64,000 bases of DNA from Camelus ferus (Eukaryota). The stretch lies in NCBI RefSeq assembly GCF_009834535.1, contig NC_045696.1, forward strand, positions 14,200,001 to 14,264,000, written 5' to 3'. The notes under the pieces were generated by a model. The model made no database searches. It was not told the origin of the DNA and saw only the letters and a program-made list of their open reading frames with translations. Numbering within the stretch: the first letter of the stretch is position 1; every line of letters starts with the position of its first letter. Positions 52,532-64,000 of this stretch are shown here, piece after piece. Position numbers and translations under genes: made by a program.

Positions 52532-53588
52532 ATATATGAGTATATAAAGATGAGACATCATTAGTATAGACAGTCACATTCTTCATGTACGTAAGCCATG
52601 CCGAATGGTGGCGCAACGTGCCCTGAAGGAACTAGAACTAAACCTCCAGTTAGTATTATTTATTGCTAATGATAATAAAGCCCAGTTTTTAGATTTTATA
52701 CATTTCATTCTGAGTGATCCACTGAAAGGAAATGATCGCATTAGTGACTCCTCGGCATCGCCCTGGGGTCTTTGTAGTGAGACAAGCACTCTCAGGCCAC
52801 CTGTTAGACTGAAACCACAGGCTCACGACATTTGTTTGTATTCTGAAGTTACGGGTTGTGAAGCATTTACAAACCAGTTTACAAAGCATCATGCTAGGGC
52901 GTCATTTTGGCCATTTCATAAGGGCCATATTTGGATTACTACTTTGTATTCTGGTCCAAATAAAACACTTCAATGTCTAATGATAGCATGCCATGCCTTT
53001 AAAAACATCTAGTTTAGGACAATGGCAAATATGAACATGAAATTACATGTGTTTTTAAAAGTTAAGTCATTGGTTGTATTACCTGCCTATGTTCCGACAA
53101 ACACATGAGAGAATAACATATTCACCGCTCTAGCTCTATATGACCCTATGATTTTAAAATAAAGGAAAATTAATAAAAAACTATTATTTCAGAAAACTTA
53201 AGTCAGAAAAGAAATATATGTACACACATACACAGTTTTTAAAAAGACTAGAAGCAAACAATAAAATTACAGTAGTAATTTTCTCTGATTAATGTAATTA
53301 TGGTTTATTTTAATTTCTTTAAATTTTATTGTTTATAAATATAAAACTGTGATAAAATATTACCTTCATAGTCAGAAAAATAAATGATATTAAAATTTTT
53401 TTTCTAAGGTTTTCTTTAAGTCTAATGACAGGCATATTAATGCAAGTGATAAACTTGTTTTATATATTCTAATTATTAGCATTTTCCTGCTACTTCTTCA
53501 CTTTCTGGTTAGGAAAATATTATCAATTGATAAATTAAATAAAAGGAAAAAATATTGTAAGAATATGCAGCCCTTTCTGCTGGGTTGC

Positions 53589-54029
53589 TGTGCTAGTTTT
53601 CCATAACAAAGGGCAGCCATAACAAAGTACCAAAACCAGGCGGCTTAAATAGCAGAAACAGATTATCTTACAGTTCTGGAGGCTTGAAGTTCAATGTCAA
53701 GATGTTGGCAGGATTGCTTCCTTCTAAGGGCTGTGATGGATTGGTTCCTTCCAGGCCTCTCTCCCAGCTCCTGGTAGCCTCTAAATGTTTCTTGGCTTGA
53801 AAATTATGTTTCCCAGTGTTCTTCACATCGTCTTCCCTCTGTAAGTGTCTGTGTCTAAATATTACCTTTCTATAAGAACACAGTTTATACTGAATGAGAG
53901 CCCACCCTCATGACCTCACCTTAGCCTGATGATCTACAAAAACTCTATTTCCAAATAAGACCATGTTCCCAGGTACCAGGGGTTAGGACTTCAGCATGTT
54001 GTAGGGAGGACACAGTTCAACTCATAACA
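53589..54029 (-). mobile_element. MLT1B/C-type LTR
   Basis: gccataacaaagtacc...ttccaaataag...ggggttaggacttcagcat...ggacacagttcaactcataaca. Confidence 0.85.
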
Positions 54030-54504
54030 CTTACATAATCAGTCGTGTTTCTAAAAGCAGTCATTTTTCTGTTAAGAGTGAAAAACAAGCCAAAACTTAG
54101 TTACAACAGACGAAGGATCGGTCTTATTTGCCACATGCTGGGGAGGGTGTAGTTAGTCTTTGTAGTGTCTTAAGAATTGCTATTTTTTTTTTTCTCTATC
54201 TATCTTCAAATGTCAAAGTCCCAATTCTCAGAATTTTCTGAATGAAGCACTGTGGTGGAGAGTTTGACATCATCAGGGATTCCACAAAAACTCAGTTATG
54301 TATGTAGTATGGCTTCCAAATGACGAATGATCCCCGTGTTCCAAGGAAGAAAGAAGTGTTGGAGAGTGGTGAAGGGATAGCTCCTTTCTGGAAGATTCTG
54401 TTCATTGATCACAACAGCTCACTTAAGACTGAAGAAACACAGTTGTTGAGAAACCTCATTCTGGGTTTTATTTCACCATCTAACTACTAAAGTTTTACCT
54501 AATT

Positions 54505-55150
54505 GGAATCTCTGTACACTGTTGGTGGGCACCTCTGCTATGGAGAACAGGGTGGAGGTTTTTCAAAAAATTAAAAATAGAACTACCACATGATCCAGCA
54601 ATCTCAGTACTGGATATTTACCCAAATGAATTGAAATTAGTATCTGGAAGAGATATCTGCATTCCCATATTCATAGCTGCGTTATTCACAATAACCAAGG
54701 TTTGGAACAACCTGAGTGTCCATCAGTGGATGAATGGATAAAGAAATGTGGTATATGCATACAATGGAATATTATTCAGCCTTAAAAAAAAAGAAGGAAA
54801 TCCTGACCTTTGTGATAACAACATGGATGAACCTGGAGAACATTATGCTAAGTTAAATAAGCCAGTCACAGAAAAAACAATGCATAATTCCACTTATATG
54901 AAATATCTAAAATAGTCAAAATCATAGAAACAGAAAGCAGATTGGTGGTAGCTGGGGGCTTGGAGGAGGGGAAATGGGGAGTTGCTGTTCAACAGATATA
55001 AAGTTTTGGGATTGCAAAATAGGTAAATTCTAGAGATCTTCTGTACAACACTGTGCCTATATTTAATGGTACTGTGTTGTGCACTTAAAATTTTAAGAGG
55101 TTGTGTCTCAGGCTAAGTGTTCTTACCACAATAATAATGTAAAATAAAAT
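54505..55150 (+). mobile_element. L1MA-type 3' end
   Basis: tacactgttggtggg...aaaatagaactaccacatgatccagcaat...gttcttaccacaataataa. Confidence 0.88.
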
Positions 55151-58100
55151 CTAATACTACTAGAAAAAAATAAACATAAAAACAACCAAGAAAACCTTGA
55201 CCTTAAGAGGCTTTTCCATAGTCAGCTGTAGTGGTCCTCCTTTCTCCCATCTGGCTAAAAACTGACGGTCAACTTTGTGCATGCTGCTTGAATCATAGCC
55301 ATGCCACAGTTTGAAGCATCTTTCCCTGTTGGTCCCATGTTTTGGGGGATATTGAGTCCACAAGTATATACAGGCACCAGAATAGAGACAAGAAGACCAC
55401 ACCACAGGTTTTGTTTACAGGTGAATCATAGACACACAGTCAGGATGGATGGTGGAGATAGGGTGTAGCTGAGCTCTTACTCTGGACGTGTTATATTCCA
55501 TGCAAATACGGCAAATCTGAAACTGACTCTAAATTCCATTTCAGAAAAATGAATTCCTTGCTTATAGTTGTATTCACAGTACATGATTTTACCAGTAGTA
55601 AAAATCAACATATTGTCGTGACAAAGTAAAAAAGTGACAGGTGCACCTCCAGCAAAGCATAGACTCCTTTTCTCCTGCTCTTGCCATAGATCAACATTTC
55701 CCAGAGAGAGTGGACCAAGGCCTGTAGTGTCATACAACTTCTCTTTAAAGGTTTGTGGTTTTAAAACTACAAGCTATAAACTGCTGCTTATTGACAACAG
55801 CAGGAAAATTCGCAGGCAGCTCTGCATTTGTTAAGTAATCCAGATCTCATCTTCTCATTTTTCATTAATCAAAAAGATACTGGGGCCAATCAGAACTTTG
55901 TGTCAGCATAAGATACAATATTAGTGCCATACATTGATTTAGTTCTAGTCAAAAGAAAAGAAACATTTTTTAAGTACCCTTTAACATGATCACACAAGAA
56001 TATGTATAATTTCTTAAAGATTTTATATGTTAGGAATAATTCCTGGATCCCATTACTAACATAGTAGAACCATAAAAATTAAGGAACATCGGGTTAGATA
56101 TCATTGATTAGCCAAAAGTCTTATTTTTAAAATCAATACAAAATAATCATAAATATCACTATTTTAACATATTCTACTATTCAAAAGGTTTTCTAAATTC
56201 AGACCTAAAGAGATATAATTTAATTCCAAGGTAAATGACAGTTTTTACCCGTGTGAGCAGTCATCTGTTTCTGTACATTTTTATTCCATGCAGAGTAATC
56301 TTCTGTCTGTTTGACTTTATGTCACTGAACTTTTCAGCTCTTTTTATTGGTTTAGCATCATTCTTCTAGGTAAGTGTCCCCTCTGCTCGTTCAGCTCTGT
56401 TCCTTCTTCCTGAAAGCACATCTTGCCTAATTCTTCAAATTCTTTCTCCGTGTTGTTGGAGAAAGAATTTCTACCACAAGCTGGCCAAACACTATTCTTT
56501 TATGATCTCTAAAGTACTCTTTTGTTTCTACCCCACACATCCATATTCTTTGTGAAAATGAATTACTCATGCTCCCTTTCCTCATAAAGTCATAGATTTC
56601 AAGCTGATATGTGATAAGCAATATTTACCTGTGATTTTAACTGAATAATTTTATATTTATACATAGCATACCCATATTATTTGGTCCCTGATCATTCTGG
56701 TGTTACTTAAATTAATGTACTGGTCATACATAAATAAATCTCTTCTGCTTTTTATAGTGAAGCACAGTATATAAAGTGACTGCTATATAAGCAGTTATTA
56801 AAATGTTTCTATTTTCAGTTCTAAGACATTGATTCTGTATGTGTGGGTAAGTGAGAGGTTCTATTTCTACTTAATTGTGCAGTTCAACAAAATAGAAATC
56901 ATAATGAAAATATTGAAGTGTGACTGTTAGCCATTATTATAAATCTATTAAAATTATCAAAGTGAAATAAGAATGAAATTTGGAGAAACACACGAGTACA
57001 ACTAGGTCACATACTTAATGTCTTCCATTGTTATGAATCTCTGTTTACTCTCACCCTGATCTTTCCAGACCTTGGTAACGCAGAACATACACCTACTTGG
57101 ACCTAGTAAGGGCTATTACGTTGAGTGCCACAGCAGTATTCTGATTCTTCTCTCTGAGTCCTCCCAGAAACTTCAGAAAAAATGCAGCCAATAAGCCAAG
57201 AGCTAGAGTTTCCTTCATCTTTTGCTCCACTGGAAAAAAACAGAATTAAAAGTCAGTCATGAAGCGTTTTCACGTATATAATTTTATCCAGTTAATAACT
57301 TTATTAACTTTATTCTGTGTCCTTGGAAACTAAACTTAATTTTTTTCCCTTAAGTTGTATTGTCAGTGAGCCAGCTCAAACAAAGATGAGTAACTTTTTT
57401 TTCCAAAAGACTGTGGAAGACTAAAGCAAGGGGTTCCAGGAAGCAAGTAAATATAACAAGCTGTCAAGTTTCTGCTCATTTGGTGATCAAGCTCAGAAGT
57501 GAGAGGAATATTATGCTTATAAAACGACTTTGTCAGCTTCACCCACTAGTTTGGGTAAAGACATTGACTTCAACAGCCAGACCTTATCCAAGTCCAAACA
57601 TATATGAATAAATTGTGCAGAAACTTAATCGACATTGATACACATATAGCCTGATGTATAACATGCTCCTGAACAGTGGCCAAATGTCAAATAAAAACGT
57701 TTAGATAAGTTGGTCTATAAATTGCAAATGCGGAGTCGTTGCTACAAGGTTGTTGAGATAATCGAGTTGTGGGTCATATGTCTCCAGGGAACTCAAACAT
57801 AAAAGTCTGGATTTTTTTAAAATGGGCCAAAATGGAAACACATATATGTTAAATGCATGCTCCGCAGTATAAGGTAAACGTCCATTCATAGTAACTCAGG
57901 GTTTTCCCAGAGAGACTCTGAGAGAATCTAAATTGTTAGAAAAAGTTCTGAAAAGTTCATATATATATGTCACAATATTACTTTACTATGTTAGCAAAAG
58001 CTCCTCACAAAATTCTCTTTGGCAAACTTTTCATTCTCCTTCTCCCTCTTTCTTGCAATTGAATCACTGTAGCAGAAATATAACTAGGAGTCTCATGAGA

Positions 58101-58589
58101 CTTCAAATCTTAGAAGGAAATCTTCTAGAATTTTCATTGGAAAAATGATACTTGGTTCAAAACTAATTAGAACTATATAAAGAATGTACTTGGCAAAATG
58201 TAGTAGAAATTAATCTAAGGACTATGGGCACATAATACATGTAATACCTTGGTTTGCAAATGAAAAATACTAACATTCAATGAAAATAAACTCACATTAA
58301 AAATATATATCATAAAAATAAACAGGGCAGTTGGAAAACTTATTTTCCTCCATTTATAAAATTTTCAAAATTAAAATAATCATAAAATTAAAGGATGAAA
58401 TATTTATGTTTAGAAAATAATTATGAAATTATTCTATTCAATCTGTGATATAAATAATCTAAAGGTTAAGATCAGTTCATCTCAGGTTCAAATTCCTCAA
58501 CTCTGATTCTGAAGGTTTTTGATTTTATGTAATAAGTAGGCCCTTGAATATTAAAATAATTTTTCCACAGGAAAATGCAATTTAAATCA

Positions 58590-58954
58590 TGTCTTAGCTC
58601 AGGCTGGTGTAACTAATTGTCATAGACTGAGTGACTGTGTAAACAACAGAAATTTACTTCTCACGGTCCTGGAGGCTGCAGTCTGAGATCATGGCACCAG
58701 CATGGTCAGGTTCTAGTAAGGACTCTCTTCCCAGTTGCAGACTACTGACTCCTCATTCCGACCTCACATGCAGGAAAGAGGGTGAGAGAGCTCCCTGGGG
58801 TCTCTTTTTTCATAAGGACACTAATCCCATTCATGAGGGCTCCATCCTCATGACCTAATTACCTCCCAAAAGGCCCACCTCCTAATACCATCTCATTGGA
58901 GGTTAGGATTTTAACATATGAATTTGGGGGAACATACATATTCAGTCCATTGCA
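58590..58954 (-). mobile_element. MLT1A-type LTR
   Basis: tgtcttagctcaggctg...cactaatcccattcatgagggctcc...cattcagtccattgca-like end. Confidence 0.85.
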
Positions 58955-59762
58955 AATGAATATAGAGCAACAGTGACAGAAACCTCCTGAAGCAAAATCC
59001 TGGGTTGTGGGTCACTTACAGTGTGGCAAATATGTAAATGAAGTCCATCACTAGCGTGGAGGAAAGCACTTCATATAAGAATTCTGTCAATTTTATTATT
59101 ATATTTTTAGTCAAGGAGCATTTCAGGAGAGGTCAACATTTGATTGTGAAGCTAGGCATCACCTAACTGAAGATTGCTACAATGGCATAAAAGCCATCTC
59201 CTTGTTCTTGCATGTTTCTGATGATTATAGAAAAGCCAACTTTGCAATATAGGCTGCGCCTCTGGAAAAAAACAACTTTTATTGATGCTTTACTGAGAGA
59301 TAGAGAAATATATATATATAAAACCTCCAAATATGTCTTGCTTAGTACATATGAAGTCTTTGAATTAAAAAAAAACAACCCTTTAAACTCTTTTTCCACT
59401 TTATAACAGCTATGGAGAGAAACCAATGAAAGCTAAATTGAGCCTCTGTTCCTCCTTATTCTCAAAAACCACACCTTCTGGTCCAATGCCACCTGCATCC
59501 TTGTGACAGGATGGTGAAGATTGGGGTAAACAGATGTGATCTTGTCACCAGAGCTGTTTTCACCTCTGACAAGGTGGCAATTGTGGCCATAAGCAAACAT
59601 TTCATTGACCCCAACGAGTATGATTCAGCCAATGCAAGTTCAGTGTACCACCAAGACTGAGAACACAAAACTTTTAGTGACTGAGAAACCTAGCTCCATT
59701 TTCTAGATTTCACATCAAACAGGGTAGTGATGGTGCTGAATATGTTGCAGAGTCCATGTGTC

Positions 59763-59920
59763 TTTTTTTTAAGTTCTGTTGAAATATAATTGAAATACAA
59801 AGAACTGCACATATTTAATGTGTACAACTTGATGAGTTTGGACAAATGCCAACACCCATGGTACCATCCCCGCAATCAAGGCAATAGGCAGATGCAACAC
59901 TTCCCAAACTTTCCTTGTCA
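59763..59920 (-). mobile_element. L1 3' end inserted in the GAPDH retrocopy
   Basis: Poly-T followed by gttgaaatataattg...gtgtacaacttgatgagtttggacaaatg. Confidence 0.8.
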
Positions 59921-60367
59921 TAATCATCTTAGAAAATGCTGGGGTTAGCTTTAAGAGTGAAGCCAAAAGCTCATGTTCTCTCCCACCTCTGCCGATGCCT
60001 CTGTTTTAGGGATGAGACTAAATCATGAGAATTGACAGCTCCCTCAAGATGGTCACCAAAACCTTGTACTGCACCAGGTACTTAACTCCTCCAGCCAAGA
60101 TCATCCATGATGACTTTGGCATTTGAAGGAACTAACCAGGCTCTAGTGATCACAGCCCATCACATTACCACTGCCCGGAAGACCAAAGATAGTCCTCTGG
60201 CATTGGCACTGTGACCGCGATGCTTCCCAGAGTGTTGTCCCTGCACCCCTGGCACAGTCCATGCTGTGGGCAAAATTATCCAGAGCTGCCTCTGAAGCTG
60301 GCTGGTGTGGTCTTCTAGGTCCCCACATCCAACCTGTTTATATTAGATTTGACCTGAAGAAGGCTAC

Positions 60368-60865
60368 TGTATAATTTTCCAGGGGCTGCCATAACAGATT
60401 ACCACAAACTGGCTGACTGAAGACAACAGAAATGTATTCTCTCACAGATCAAGGGACCAGAAGTCTAAAATCAAGATGTCAGCAGGATTAGTTGCTTCCT
60501 GGGGGCTCGGACGGAGAATTGCTCCATGCCTCTCTCTTAGCTTCTGAGAGTTGCCAGCAATCTTTGACAATCCTTGGTTGATAGACACATCTTTTTATTC
60601 TCTGCCTCTGTCTTCACAGAGACATAAAATGTAAAGGTGTTCTCTCTGTGTGCCTCTTACCATCTTCCCTCTGTGTGCTTCCCTGTCCAAATTTTCCTCT
60701 TCTTTCTTGTAAGGACACCAGTAACTGGATTAACTGGGGCCCACCCCAATCCATATTACCTCATCTTAACTTGATTAAATCTGCAAACACATTTTCAAGT
60801 AACGTCACATTCTGAGGTTCTGGGTGGACATGAATTTAGAGGGAGATTCTATTTAGCCCAGTAGA
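60368..60865 (-). mobile_element. MLT1C-type LTR inserted in the GAPDH retrocopy
   Basis: tgtataattttccaggggctgccataaca...gtcacattctgaggttctggg; degenerate TSD gctac / attac; GAPDH sequence resumes immediately after. Confidence 0.85.
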
Positions 60866-61521
60866 ATTACCAAATATGATGAAATTAAGAAGGTGATAAA
60901 GCAGACATTCAAGAGTTCTCTGAGGATCATATCCTGGACTATATGAAACACCGGTTGCCGTCTATGATATTAAAAGTGAAACCACTCCTTTACCTTTGAG
61001 GCTGGGGTTGGCACTGGCTCTGTGAAGCTCATTTCCCAGTATGAGAATTAATATGATCATTGCAACCATGAGTTTGAACTCATGGTCTACATGGTCTCCA
61101 AACAGTAAAAGCCCTATGTCACCAACCTAACAAGAATGAAAGGAAAAGATAATTCCTCTGTTGCAGGGGAGTAACAGTCACCCCTCCTGCAAACTCAAAC
61201 CCAAGCCACTGGGACTCTCCCATCCTCAGCAGGATTCCCATCTCAGGCTTCCAAGGAAAGATAGGAGCTTAGGAATCCCTACCTTCTCAGGGGCCATCAA
61301 CATTATCATAAAATGTACAGCTTTACTGGGGAGAAGGACAGGTGTAGGAAAGCTACTTTGAGAAATATGCATTCAATTTAATTAGCATTTATTTTAGAGC
61401 TTCCTAAAACACATAACATAACAGTAGGCACTGATGAAAATAAAAAGATGAATAAGGAATTTCCTTCAAGGAATTTCCAGCTTAGTGAGGAAGAAAAGTG
61501 CATATACAACCAACTCATATG

Positions 61522-61600
61522 AGGGTGGGGGCAGAGCATGTGCTTAGCATTTGCAAGTCCTGGGTTCGATCCCCAGCACCTCCATTAACAACAACAACCA
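61522..61600 (+). mobile_element. Truncated tRNA-derived SINE (Vic-1 type)
   Basis: gcagagcatgtgcttagcat...gtcctgggttcgatccccagcacctccatt plus a (CAA)n tail. Confidence 0.75.
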
Positions 61601-64000
61601 AATCACAGACTGATTGGGTGAGTTAATGGAAACATAATGTGATGCAGGAGTAAAGAAAAAGGAAAGTGAAATCATATGAAATTGTCCTCAAAAAACTTCA
61701 GTCATGGACCCACTCTTATCCCTGCCATGCTCCCAGAATTTTATTTCATGAGTCTACGTGACTTACTCCCTCACCCACTTCAGGTCTTGCTCAAATGTCA
61801 CCATCTAGGGGAGGCCTTTTCTGAACATCCTTATTTATAACTGGTACCCTCCTCCACATATCTGTCTTCCCTGCTTAACTTTTCCTCAAAGCATTTATCT
61901 CTATATGACCACCTGTGTTTTACTAATTTCGTTGATTGTCTTTTCTTCTCACTAGAACATAGGCTCTGTGAGGGCAAGTATGGTTTTCTTTTTTCCACCA
62001 TAGGAACAAAATAGACAAAAGAGTCTGATGTACTGGGGCCAAATAATAAATGTATTTAAACATCAAGGTAAAAGGTATGGAATTCATTCTAAATGTAATG
62101 GAGAACAATGGAGGCTTTTGAGCAAATGAATGACATAATCAGGTTGATATTTTGAGATACAGTGATCATTACTTCTTTTCCAATTCAGTTAGTCATGTCC
62201 TATTTCTTTGAAACCATTGTTTTCTCAATTACTCTTGAGTAAAAATCTTTCCTTGAGGACTGGAGCTGATTGCATTGGATTTGTGGCAGTTTTTGTAAGC
62301 AGCATTCTCCAACTATATTTCCAGGAACACTGGGTCTGGAAGGTATTAAAAGGTATTCCAAGAACCAGAGTTTCCAAGATGAAAAATATACTGTCAAATG
62401 CTATAAAATAAAGCCCCTCCCAGGATGTTCACAACTTGCATTTATTCTTTAAATTTTACTTGAGCACCTCTTATCTGACAGGCACTGTAATAGGAATATC
62501 AGCTGGAATGTAAGGGGAGGATCTGTAAGTGTCCTCTAGAGAACCATCATATGGAGAGAACTAATCCAACATTGTTCAACAAACTATCATATCTGTGCAA
62601 TAAAAATAACTTTTAAGTTAATAAATAACTTTTTAAGTCCTTTTGAAAGGTGCTATTTTAGAATACGTGCTAAAATATAAAGGTCTTATGAGTGTACAGG
62701 CTTCCTGGAGAAAACGATGGACTCTTCTACACAGCACAGGGGAATAAGCCATATTACGTCAAATAGGTTATTTTTTAAATAAGCATTTGGAAGGCAGTTT
62801 TGCCTGAATTAAACTGACTATTTTCAAAATAAACTTTTGATAGAGCTGAATAAATTTTCTACCAAATTAATCTCAATGTAACCTCAGTATGGAGTTACTT
62901 GACCATGAGAGTTGAAAACCATTTTGTAAGATGCTGAGTAAGGGTTGAGTTTTAGTTTTAAAAAATCTGTAAAAAGCTTCTGAAATTTGATACTTTATTG
63001 GAACCATTTTTTGTTGCAAACCATCTGTATTATGACATACCTATACTGCGTATTTCTTTGCATAAGTGTCTTATGTTACTAATTGTAACACAGGTAAGGT
63101 TTTTAAGAAGAAAGAACTCATTATTTTTAATTTTTTGTTTTATTTTGTTCTGCTTCTCTACACCCTGGAAACCATCTTGCCTAGGCCAGCATCTTTAGAA
63201 TGCTAGGACTGAGTCATGTTTATCTTGTGAGATTATTTTGTTTATAATTTTATTCATTTTAAGTATCTGCTTGTTTTAAGATTTTGGACTTCCATGTAAC
63301 TATAAAGAAATGTGGTTGCTTTTTTTCCCTACCCAAAAAATGTTAAATTGTGCTGGATAAGATTTCCTTACCACTTAAGAAATTTCCACTCTGGAAATTC
63401 CTTCCTACTTAATTTCCCAATTATTGATGATAATCCATTATGTGACTACCTTCAGCTCATCATTAGCAGAAATTCTTCACATTCAATAAGATGCAAAATT
63501 GACTACAACTTCATTCATCTTTCTCACTTTCTTCTTTTCATTTTTGCACCAATAGTTCCAGGTTAATCATAAATGGTGACTCTGTGCCACTCTGAATAAA
63601 ACTCAGAATTTTTGCACCCCCAATAGTCATTTGTAAAATAAACCTGTATGTCTTACCACCACAGCCCTCTCCATAAAACCACCATAAAGTCCCAAAATAT
63701 GTGATGGTAAAGTTTAAGTTTTATATTTTTTCTCCAGCTTGCTTCTACTCTTTACCAAATATACTATTAATCTGTTAAGCCAGTTTTTCTTTCTTGAATC
63801 TATGCTTTTTCTCTACTCCTGGAATATCATCAGATTTGGAAACCTTCATTTGTTTACCCTTCCGGAAGTTGCTTAATTCCTATGTTCTTCATCTTCCATG
63901 AAAGTTTCTCCAACTTCAGAGAAACAAAGTGTGAATATTAACCTTCATTCATCCACAAAAAAATTAGAAAATAGAAAATAAGTCATTTATTATCCCACTA

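Larger units (their letters stand above)
59442..61320 (+). pseudogene. GAPDH: Full-length processed GAPDH pseudogene (CDS relic 59511-61108 with UTRs), interrupted by L1 and MLT1C
   Basis: ATG GTG AAG ATT GGG GTA AAC (MVKIGVN); colinear intronless relics VTRAVF, FIDPN, YDS, GAEYVAES, AKIIHDDFGI, AVGKII, KYDEIKKVIKQ, VKLISQYEN, LMVYMVSKQ*; many frameshifts; GAPDH-like 5' and 3' UTRs. Confidence 0.93.

Noticed and set aside
1..64000. CRISPR arrays, operons or other prokaryotic systems
   Set aside because: The sequence is mammalian (L1, L2, MIR, MaLR); no repeat-spacer arrays or gene-dense coding regions were seen

Overview
AT-rich, repeat-dense mammalian genomic DNA. It is probably from a camelid, inferred from the tRNA-derived Vic-1-type SINEs and the young L1 3' tails. 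The window lies in the high-glycine/tyrosine keratin-associated protein (KRTAP) cluster, in an interval resembling KRTAP20 to KRTAP21. I found no intact protein-coding gene. There are six single-exon HGT-KRTAP pseudogenes (four on +, two on -, one of them split by an MLT1F-type LTR) and three much weaker KRTAP-remnant candidates. Other contents: a full-length, old GAPDH processed pseudogene interrupted by L1 and MLT1C; two same-family young ERV LTRs in inverted orientation; an ERVL pol fragment; a 5'-inverted (twin-primed) L1; a MER53 hairpin; and many MaLR, L1, L2 and MIR fragments. Most ORFs in the supplied track are off-frame readings of KRTAP relics or repeat fragments. Repeat subfamily names come from recalled consensus similarity, not a database search, and repeat boundaries are approximate. 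I see no convincing novel biological system.
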